Shown: piece by piece, positions 1 through 11,937 of the stretch
How positions within the stretch are numbered: position 1 is the first letter of the stretch
Layout: each line of letters opens with the position of its first letter
NCBI GenBank assembly: GCA_044892525.1
Contig: CM097885.1
Span: 19,036,001-19,100,000, forward strand
Length of the DNA: 64,000 bases
Reading direction: 5' to 3'
Source of the DNA: Schmidtea polychroa
Taxonomy: Eukaryota
Made by a program: the position numbers and the translations under genes
Notes under the pieces: generated by a model
Databases searched by the model: none
Seen by the model: the letters and a program-made list of their open reading frames with translations, nothing else
Told to the model about the DNA's origin: nothing

Positions 1-597
1 TTGGTCCGAATAAATTGTTTAAAACCACTGAATTTAAGCAATGAAATGACATTAAAAGTTTAATTATTTAATTATTTAATTTCTTTGTTTGATCTTTCTA
101 TTATAAGTTATTATTGATAAAAAAATAATTTTTAATAAAATATTTAATTAAATAAAATGATTACAATCTTTAATTGTTTTTATTAGACTTAAATATTTAA
201 AAGTTCTATTTTAAATTAAATAAAATGTTACAAATCTATTTTATATTCAGTGTTATATTCACAAAACAAAATATAAATTAATTACTGAAAATTTTCAAAC
301 TAAAAATGCCGATTTCAAATTGAAATGATTAAGAAAATAAAAATGGGATAAATTAAAATTTATTTGATTCCATTATAATTAAAAAAGTAAGCATAAACAA
401 TTTTGTTGGAACATTTTAATCAAATTTCATTTTTATTTTCAAATTTTGATTTTGCTAGAAACTCGATATAAGACAAAAATAGTAAAATATTGTTACAATT
501 AGTTAATTACCATTTAAATTAAAGCAAACTAATAATGTTCTTAATCATAATTATATTATCGGATAAGATTTATAAACATTAATCATAATGAGAAAAA

Positions 598-1165
<568 letters not shown>

Positions 1166-1229
1166 TCAACAGAAAATGATAGTTTCTTAGTAACTAAATA
1201 AATTAAATGCTAATCAAGTAATGGAAAAT

Positions 1230-1440
1230 TGGCAGACATTAAAAGAAACATGCTATAAAAGTTACAACTGGATCCTACTGAAAAATCTTCCGAATATATA
1301 GATATCTTCACCAATATCAGCCAAATTAAGCAAAATACATTAAAAACAATCAAAAATATCAGATTTAAAAAGGCAATTCTTATTATAGATAAACATCCAA
1401 CAATTAAAACTAAAACAGAAGCTGGTAAAATCAATAATCT
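1230..1440 (+). mobile_element. Small Penelope-like GIY-YIG C-terminal relic
   Basis: Reads KNIRFKKAILIIDKHPTIKTKTE, similar to the C-terminus at 7330-7400. Confidence 0.45.
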
Positions 1441-1772
1441 GATTTTTTGTTGATTTTATAGGAATATTTTAATTTTATCACGTTAAGTTTAAATTAGTTT
1501 ACCGCCATCGAATAACATTGCAAACTTTTACTGTGTTAATTTCAACTTTGAAGTTAACATTTACTATATTCATATAAAAAGAATGGAAATATTTCAAGTT
1601 CCAAGTTCAATAAAAAATAATTCTTGTCATTATATGTTGATTAAATTATAATTTCAACACACTGCAAATATCAACAATAAAGTGAAAGTTTTATTAACAA
1701 TTCTTTAAATCAATAATTATATTATTTAAACAAAGTTGATTTTAATTTTTGGCATTCATTAGTAAAATTAAT

Positions 1773-1850
<78 letters not shown>

Positions 1851-3614
1851 CCTAGAAATAATGTGCATATTGGAGAAAATTCAATGATATATTATATTTG
1901 TTTCTTTATTTTGAATACCATAATTCAACTTTCGATATTCGCCATTCAATCATCGCCGTTGGAATACAAAAATTTTGTTTGACAGTGACAGAGAGATGCT
2001 AATGGCTTTGAAAGTTACATCGACATTTTCTGTCAACATATAAAAACAATAAATATTAACTGATAGAACGTTCAGAAATTCGCAAGAAATTAATTAGCAA
2101 CAAAATCACATTACAATATGTAATAAATTCTACTAATATAAAAATCTATTTTTTAACCGAGATGACATCCTACTGTTCAACAGACACTTAGAAAGTGCTT
2201 AAATAAGCTTGACATATGTTCTAAGTGCGGAAATATTTACTCCAATGCTATGTAATTATAGAACGTTGAATATTTTCCATTACAAACAGGAAAGAATTCG
2301 AAATATAATAAAATATTCAATATTGCGAGATTAAAACAAATAATTATTCTCAAATTAGTTAATTAAATTTTACTAACAACATTAATATAATATCTATAGA
2401 TACACGATATTTCGGTATAGTCTTTATCAAGTGTTTATTTTAAATTTATCTATAGTCTAAAGAGAAACTGATGATAAAGATAACAGAATGAAAAGTTCAA
2501 TGGTAAAAATAAACAGACAATTTTTGTTGTTCGCATAATAAAGATGCAACAATGTATTTATTTATTGCATTGATTTGACAAGCAAAGCAATGATAATTAT
2601 GAAAAAGTGGTACAAATATGGAACAAACTAATCGAGATAACAATAAATTTTGTTTAACTTTCTGTTTCGGTTCTTTTGCACGTGTACTTAAGAATGATAC
2701 TAAGAATGACCTTATTTTATTTAATTGTCAGTTTTCATTGATTTTCTTCTGTTCCCTTCTAATTTTTCAATATCTCTCTTCTACTCCTATTTCACTGAGT
2801 TCCAAAATAATGCTCCATTCATTTATCATTATTTCCCTCTATCATTTTACGCCTTTAAGGATTATTTTTATTTTATAATTTAGGTGTTCTTAACATAATG
2901 TTCAATTTATTTATTTACACAAATATAAACAAAGAATATATTTTAAAAAGATTGGACCTTGAAAAACGTACTGCCAATAAAAACATTTTAAAATTTAATA
3001 AAATTTATTAATGATTTTAAATTGGTTTTATAACAAAATAATGATTCCAGGCAAAAAATTAAATAAACAAAATAACATAAACATAGAGAAAATTAATTTT
3101 CGTCAATCTAAAAAATAATGAGAAAAAATATTTTGATATTGAAAATTTGTTTTATCAGTTTTTATCAATAATAAATCTGAATTTTTTGTTTAATAAAAAA
3201 TGATTGGTGATTTTTGTTTCACCAATAAATTTGCTATTTTAATAAGATGATTTCTAGTGATAAAAATGGAAAATAATAATTATATAACACGAAATATATT
3301 TCCCATATATGCACAGAGTGATACGAACAGTACTGCCAGAAATCATTCCGTGATCATTTAATAATCTGAGAAATAAATTCATTTTTTTTTAAAAATAAAA
3401 TTTAATTTTAATTTACTTTTATTTACTCTCAAGGAAATTTATTAAAATCCATCAATAAAACAAATTGAAAATAATTTTCTCATTGAAAAATCTAATGAAA
3501 CTTTTTATGCTCATTGATTTTGATCAAATAAAACTAAATGTTCATTTTCTGAATAAATCATCCGCTTAGATAAGAAATAAGCAAATTTCAATTTATTTCC
3601 AAAAGATAAGTATG

Positions 3615-3770
<156 letters not shown>

Positions 3771-5021
3771 GCAATTTTAATTAAAATAATTAAAAATAAT
3801 AGTTATAATTATAAAAATAATTATTTTTTAACATGACGCAAATATCAAATAAATATACAAACTTCAAATAACGTTAACCTTTCACTGTACTTTTTAAATT
3901 CATGAAGTCAAAGTTCAAAGCATAATATGAATGATATATGAACGGTTCAAATAATAACAGATCAATTAGTCAAACCTATAAAACAAATAGATCAGAAAAT
4001 CTTGTTTGCGGTTTTAATCATATCAAATATCTTCGTTGCTCTTATCAAATTATAAACAAGATTATTTTTCTTTTATGTTAATTAATAATAATTCAAGTTC
4101 AAGGATTATGTAAAATATCGGTATAATTTTTAAAAGGTAAATTGATGCCTATAAAAAAATATCACAATTTATACATTTATATTTTCATTATGTTTTTATT
4201 TGTTTCGAAAGAAACGGATTTTTTTCAATATTAGGTTTAACTTCATCTGTTCCGACAGTTGATTGTGAAAGTTTAATTAAATTCAATTGAAAATACATTT
4301 TTTTATTTATGTAAATAACTTTGTTTATCTAATTTTAAATGTTGAAATTTGGTTTGTTTTGATAGAATTTTTTCCTGTCCTTTTTTCAGTCTTTATTTCG
4401 CTAATAAATGCGTAATTACGAGTGGGGGAGAGAGGATTATATTCTAATTTTCTTTTACTCTTTATAAAAAACCTTTAATATGTAGATCTATTTTTGAACA
4501 ATTTAATTAGATTGTTGCTCTTATGACGTGTATTAATGACTTGATCATGTCATTATTTTTAATTGTCAAATTGAAAATTTCTCCTTTATGGAAAATGAAG
4601 TTTTATGACAACAAAACAAAAATGATCATTTAAACTGTAAAAATGTAAAATTGTAAAAAAAGTTAAAATAATTAAAAGAAATTAAAATTTAATAATTTAA
4701 AGTTTTTATTTTTTTAAGTTTCAGTTGAATATTAATTTCAAAAGGCTTAAAATGTCTGTTTAAAGACGACAAAATAAAAAATCTTGACAATAATAAAATT
4801 TGAAGATTAATGATTTGATTTAATTTGTAGAATGCATTTTGCAATAAAATTCAAACATTTCATTCCTACAATTAAATAATAAAATGAAAATGTTTATTTT
4901 GTCAAAGAGAAAATGGAAATAGTATGGAAGACACGAAATTACGTCATAATATAATTTTCAATGAATTGAACAACAACAAACTGTAATAATTATTTCAGAT
5001 AAAGCAATAAATAATTTAAGG

Positions 5022-5218
5022 CGGTGTTTCTCAAACTATGGGTCGCGAAAGAATTTTTGGTGGGTCGCGATGACTAGAATAACTAGAGTTAAATAGAGTT
5101 ATTCTCATTAAATAAACATTTATTTTAAAATTAATCTTTGTCATGTGGGTCGCAATAAAATTTTTGGCATGAAATGTCAAAAATTTGGGTCGTGATCAAA
5201 ATAGTTTGAGAACCACTG
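5022..5218. mobile_element. hAT (Charlie-type) MITE, 197 bp
   Basis: TIRs CGGTGTTTCTCAAACTAT / ATAGTTTGAGAACCACTG, with a perfect 8-bp TSD ATTTAAGG (5014-5021, 5219-5226). Confidence 0.9.
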
Positions 5219-6208
5219 ATTTAAGGTAATAAATTATTCAAAATGCGTTTTAAAATAATATTCTAAATAAATCTTAATATTAAATGTAATTAAATTATTA
5301 AATAACCAATAATTAAAAAGCGACATGAAAACATGCGTTTAATGATATATTTTGACAGTCATTGTCATTTAAAATAGAAAATCCTTTAGATATAATAGAT
5401 TTCACAAACAAATTACACAATTTTTTTTAATTAAAAATATTTTTAATATAATTAAAATAATTAATTATTTTTTGAAATAAAATATTTTCAAAAAATATAA
5501 AAATTTTAATAATAATTTAAAACAAACAAAATCATTTAAATTAATAATTTAACCATTTTAATTCATCCACATTGAAAACACAAATGTTCATGGTTCTTTA
5601 ACTTTTGAATTAAATGATCTTATCAATGATCTAAAACATTCACAATATTTATTATATTTTTTAATTTAATTTTAAAATCACACATGTCTATTTTACTAAC
5701 CCAGCCCATATGGTTCTGACTAAATATTGTACTAAATAACTGTCGAAATTTGCCGTGAAACGTATGTTTGAATGGAGTTTTAAAAAATAATTATATATAA
5801 TTTGAATTTGAATAAAAATAATTAATTTTGAAAGGAAATGTGGATTAATTATTTGAATGCCATGTGACAATATTATTAGTCGTAGTTTGAAGGTGATGTA
5901 ATAATAATTCACTATAACCTTGATGTTTAATGATTAATGTATGTGTGCAACAAAGTAAAGTATTCGTGTGTATGTGATTTGTATCAATAATATCGCCTAA
6001 AATAATGATACTCTCATTTTCCAGATTATGCAATTGGAAGTACTATAAATAGTATTACAACTACATTTACAGGCTTGGAAAATATTAAATAAATATTAAA
6101 TTTCAATGTTCAATAATAATAATAATTATTATTATTATAATTATAATAATTATTATAATAGTAATAATAACAATAATTATAATTATAATAATGACAATAA
6201 TAATAATG

Positions 6209-6240
<32 letters not shown>

Positions 6241-6379
6241 GAAAGAAGAGAAAATAATAATTGAAATATTCTGTGATAGGAAAACTAAAACTTCATATTA
6301 AATTTCATCATTACAATAGAAAATAACTTGGAAAAAAGTTCGACTTTCAGATTTAATTTGAATATCTTCTCAACTAGAT

Positions 6380-7416
6380 AATCATATAATTCATCAACAA
6401 TTTTCTCGCGCAGAAAATCAGATTCTAAATTGTTTGGCTGATCAGTTTAAATCAATTTAGAATTTTTGTTCATATAATTATTTTCGTTTACTAGGAAAAC
6501 TTTAATTTCAATAGCAAGAAAAAATATCGGAAGAAAAACAATAAAATGGTTTTTCTCAACAAAAGAATTCGCGTTTGTCATGGGGCAATTATCGTGAAAT
6601 AATCGCTGGCTGAGTAGTTGATTCTGGGCGGCAATCTCATGCAAGTCAATTCGACTGACATTTCTGAAATTTAACGCATGAAACTATTTCAATCGTTTTT
6701 TAATTTTTCACCGAGGTTTAAATAAGAATTCAAACAAGTTTATTAATTTTGTGTACATTTATTTTGCATTCATTTCATTAAATGAGCCATTTAGTAAGAA
6801 ATTTTGAATCTTTACAATTTTCCTTGATAAATTCAAAGTTTTCAATTACCAAGAAGAAGCACGGGCATTTAAAGAATACTACGACAATTGTTAAACTTTT
6901 TCGATCATATCCTAATCACATCAGAATCACAAATGAAAAACATGCTATAATAACATATTTCAAATCTCCTTACGTTATTATTATAATAATGAAAGAACTG
7001 AAACACACTGGCCTTCAAATTCGTATAGCACATAAATCTTGGATATTGAGAAAAGCTCTGGCAAATAAAAAATAAAACAATTGCACAATTGAAAATTGCC
7101 AGACACCGAAGGATATGTGCTTTCAAAAAAACATTCTCTTTTGCGTAATGCAATGTATGCAAAGAAATATACATTGAAAGTACGCCCATGACCTTGCGCC
7201 AAAGGGATAAACAAAATCTAGATCATAGTGGAAAATCCTCGGTATAACAAACATTTCCAACAAAGTCAACCAAGAAAGGAAAGAAAAAATATTTCAATCA
7301 AAATCTTAGCCAATGAAAACATCCAAAACAATGTCAAATTTAAGGAAGCAACTCTCATTATAAACAAACGGCCAACAATCACATTAAAGAAGAGATCAAT
7401 GAAATCATCATTTTGA
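6380..7416 (+). mobile_element. Degenerate Penelope-like retroelement, 3' part (GIY-YIG endonuclease region)
   Basis: CNVCKEIYIESTPMTLRQR (7149-7205) and IKILANE...FKEATLIINKRPTI resemble the Penelope GIY-YIG domain. The left boundary is uncertain. Confidence 0.6.
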
Positions 7417-7637
7417 TAATATAAAAAATATAAAAAAAAAAAAAAATATAAAAAATATAAATATAAATATTTTTATAAAAGATCATCAAGATTTAAAAAT
7501 CAAAATAGAAACATTTTTATAATAGTAATAATAATAGTAATAATAATAGTAATAATAATAGTAATAATAATAATAATAATAATAGTAACAATAATAATAA
7601 TAATAATAATAATAATATTAATAATAATATTAATAAT

Positions 7638-7736
<99 letters not shown>

Positions 7737-7997
7737 TGTTTCGACCAGTCAGAGGGGGATTGCCTCTGACTGGCAGTTGTTTAGCTCTTTTCTATCGCGT
7801 CTGTGTGCGCGGTCTGGTTAGACCGATTCTTGTTGGTGTGCGCACACAGACGCGAGAAGTAGGTAATTTATTACTATTGTAATTTTTTATGATTTTTTGT
7901 AGAAATGATTTTGTAAAAATTAGATTGAATTTTTGAGTTTTGTGATTTGTTGTTTAAACTGCGAGAGTTGGAAGGTTTTTTAAATTGAATTCTGGAA

Positions 7998-8538
7998 GTG
8001 GGTTGTGGTTGTAATACAATGAAATTGCGAATCTGGGATACAGCAGATCAAGCAAGATTTGGAACTAAAACCTCGTCTTATTCCAGAGGAGCTCATGGAA
8101 TTATTGTTGTGGTTGATGTTACCGATCAAGATTCGTTTAACAATGTTAAAAATTGGCTTAATGAAATCGATAGATATGCAAAAGGAAAAGTTCCCGATAA
8201 AATGATTGTGAAGAGTTCAGCTACGAGATTGTTTAAGATTATTGAAAGTACTGGAGGTATTATGATTAGTATGATCCCTGATTGTCGATCTCAAGTTTAT
8301 CGTGCACAAATGGAAGCAGCTCGATTCAAATCCAAAATTGGACATAAAATGCCTTGGGATATAATATGTTCTTCTATTGCGGATATTAGTCATTCAATTT
8401 CGTTCAATTTCATTCAATTTCGTCCAAGGATAGCATTATCTCATGACATTGAAATGGACAAACTGTTATTATTCAAAACTGCAACTGATCCACGCGGCCC
8501 TGTAGAGGTGGATAATAAAATTGTTCTTGGACTTATTC

Positions 8539-8543
<5 letters not shown>
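7998..8543 (+). pseudogene. Chimeric intronless ORF: Rab1-like fragment (~8019-8180) fused in frame to a proteasome alpha subunit (PSMA6-like) fragment (~8181-8393)
   Basis: [13 protein letters not shown]...[36 protein letters not shown] is the Rab1 core with a degenerate DTAGQ. KVPDK...RLFKI...[27 protein letters not shown] matches PSMA6. Confidence 0.85.
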
Positions 8544-8607
<64 letters not shown>

Positions 8608-8899
8608 TTTAATAATATTTCTAAATCCAACTTGAAAATTATTTTTACATATCCAATGTCAGAATTAAAATAATTATTTAATCTCAAAAAATGTAATTAT
8701 TATTAGACAGAAAGATATCAATTTTAGTATTAAAGTTTACGTTAAATTTATTATTTTTTCCAATTTTGAGAAAGAAATTTGAATTCAAAAATTTAATAAC
8801 ATTCAATATATAATTTGAGGAGAATATGCCAATATGTTTATGGAAAATTCCTGTTACAGTTAACTGCTTAAAAATTATAATGCAAATAAAGAAATATTT

Positions 8900-9210
8900 A
8901 TATATATGTAAACTTCTGAAAGATGTAAATTTTGATCAGATCTTCCATCGTTTTGAGAAGAATGCTTGGAAATCATTCAAACTTGTGGCTGAGAATATTT
9001 TGGGAAACAAGAAAGCACATAACTATGAAGCACTTGTCACGAGATTTCTTTCTCATTTGGACTTCTTCCCTGATAGGTATGGTACAGTTAGCGATGGATA
9101 TGATGAATGTTTCCATTAGGACATATCGACGATGAAAAACTGGTATCGATGTTAACAGACTACTGCTGGACCATGGTGAGAGATGTCCCAGATGTCGAGT
9201 AAACGTGACA
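8900..9210 (+). pseudogene. DNA transposase C-terminal relic, probably Chapaev3/CMC-like
   Basis: EKNAWKSFKLVAENILGNKKAHNY...FLSHLDFFPDRYGTVSDGYDECFH*DISTM matches a widespread transposase motif (HSHLDFFP.NLGAVSDEHGERFHQDI). The superfamily assignment is from memory. Confidence 0.6.
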
Positions 9211-9263
9211 GTCATAGAAAAAAAGAATGGTTTAATGTAGAGGAATTTTGTTTTAACCAAATA

Positions 9264-9333
<70 letters not shown>

Positions 9334-10510
9334 TTTATCATTCTCATGAACTATATTCTGGTAATGTTCATTTTCAATAATTTACGTTTCAAACTTCACT
9401 AAATATAATAAAAACAATCTTTGCCAATATTTTCAATACTAGAGCTAATTAATCTTTTTAAAAGACATTTTTGTAGTCACCACATTAGTATACATAAAAT
9501 AAATGCAAGAAACTAAACATATTTTAAAATATTCTTGACCAATGTAATTATAATTGATGGTTATATTGTAGTTGGTCAATGATTATTACACTGGCAATCA
9601 CTGATCTGACTTCAAGCGTGTTTTAATAACAAGAATGACTAATACCAATGACGTAAAACTTTATTCATTATCACATTTGATTACAACAAATTCAAAGATA
9701 CGAATTTTCAAAACACCTCAAATGTTTCAAATGCTTATTACAAGAATAGCACAACAATGAAAATACTTTAAGAATACAACCACTTGGCTGCAACCACTGC
9801 CTGTAACGGCCCATTAGTAAAAGTGATCTGGTTGCTTTTTACCTGATTTGAGTTTCTCAAACTACCTCTAATTTATTAATTCAATAAGCAAGTTTCTTCC
9901 AACTGTTCCTGATTCTCAACAATTTGTTTTTAAATTTGATTTTAAACTTGTAAAAATATAAAGTTTTTCAAAATTGATAAAATATTTGTTAGCAAGTACA
10001 AATTTATTTGTAACTGTCATGACCAGCATATTTAAAAAAGACTTGAAATTCTACAAAAGAGGACAGGATAAATTAATTCGATTCGTTATGAATCGCTTCA
10101 AAAGGAAAAGTGCAAAGATGATACCAATGACCAGGAACATTTGACAACTTTTGGAAAAAACACTTTTTTGATTACATATTTGTTTGGATATAAATTGTTT
10201 TGTAGAATTTAGAATAAAATTTGAATAAAATTTATTTAATAAATTTATAATTTAAATAAAATATTCTCCCAAAATATCATTTGGAGTTTGATAAATTTTT
10301 TTCTTCATGACTATAAGAAAATTTGTAATCTTTGTTTGAATTGAATTAATAGTTCAAACAATTTGAATAATCTTGATTTCAATTAATTTCTTTTATTTTT
10401 ATAAATAAATTGAATTATTTGATTTAGCAATAATAAAATTTTAATACTTTCATTTTTATAAATTGGCAAAATTAATATGTTATTGTTTATTTAAATAACT
10501 TTTAATTATA

Positions 10511-10516
10511 TATCCT
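10511..10516 (+). other. Target site duplication TATCCT (left copy; right copy at 25681-25686)
   Basis: Identical hexamer directly abutting both termini in direct orientation. Confidence 0.92.
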
Positions 10517-10874
10517 AGTAGGTAGTTAGTGGCTTACGGCAGCAATAGGGGGGGGGGGTAAAAAATGTTGCAAACTTTTGATTGCATAACTTTTTCCGTA
10601 GACATTTTTTGATTACATAATTGTTGCCGTAATGCCCAATGTTTTCTGGGATTTTAAATACAAATTTTTTTTTTTTTTTTTTTTTTTTTCAATAAACAAG
10701 CCAAGGATAAATATTATTTGGGTGGGTCTCCTTGGTCCTGAGAATTTCAATAGAAAAAGGTAGTCTTCAATAAAAAAGCATGGATTTTTCACACTATAGT
10801 GAGGGGATCTTCTTGGTCATGAGAATTTCAATAGAAAAGGTGGTTTACATTAAAAAACGCATAGTAAATTTTTA

Positions 10875-11480
10875 AAATAAAGTAAATTATGGGTCTAAAA
10901 TTTAAAAATAAAGTAAATGATGGGTCTAAAAATTTAAGTAAATCAAGGTTCAGATTTATTTTTGAAATAAAGTAAATTATGGTCTAAATAAGTAAATTAT
11001 GGGCTAAGATTTTTCAATTAAAGTAAATAATGGTTCTAAAAAATTAAATTACAGTAAATTATGGTCCAAATTTTTAAATTAAAGTAAATTATGGTTCTTA
11101 AAAATTAAATTAAAGTAAATTATGGTCAAAATTTTTGAATTACAGTCCAAAAATTTAAATTAAAGTAAATTATGATCCAAATTTTTAAATTAAAGTAAAT
11201 AATGGTTCTAAAAAATTAAATTAAAGTAAATAATGGTCCAAATATTTTAAATTACAGTAAATAATGGTTCTAAAAATTAAATTACAGTAAAAAATGGTCA
11301 AAAATTTTAAAATTAAAGTAAATTATGGTTCTAAAAATTAAATTAAAGTTAATTAAGGTCCAAATTTTAAAATTAAATAATCAATGGTAAAAAAAAATTT
11401 AAATTAAAGTTAAATAAGTAAATTAAAGTAATAATTTTTAAATAAGTAAATTAAAGTAATGTAATAAGTAAATTAAAGTA
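10875..11480 (+). repeat. Subterminal tandem array of ~30-bp units (AAATTAAAGTAAATTATGGTYCWAAA); mirror at ~24675-25320
   Basis: More than 15 visibly repeated units inside the element ends. Confidence 0.85.
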
Positions 11481-11667
11481 AGATTTTTAAATTTATTAAC
11501 AAAAATAGAAGGTGTTTGAGAATTGAAATTTTTTAATGGAAATTTTAATGAATTATTTTTTAAGTAATTTTTAATAGAAATTTTTATGAATAATTTTCAA
11601 TGGTAATTTTTAATGGAAATTTTAATAGAATAATTTTTAAGATAATTTTTAATGAAAATTTTTATGA

Positions 11668-11750
<83 letters not shown>

Positions 11751-11937
11751 TAATATTAATAATATATCAACCAAATACTATACAACACATAAAAAATTAA
11801 CTAAACACATAAAAATAACTAGACACATAACAAAACATATAAACATTAACTAAACACATAAAAATGAACTAGACACATAACAAACATAAAAATTTACCAA
11901 ATAACAAATGTAAAGATATAAAATTTATTCAATAAAA

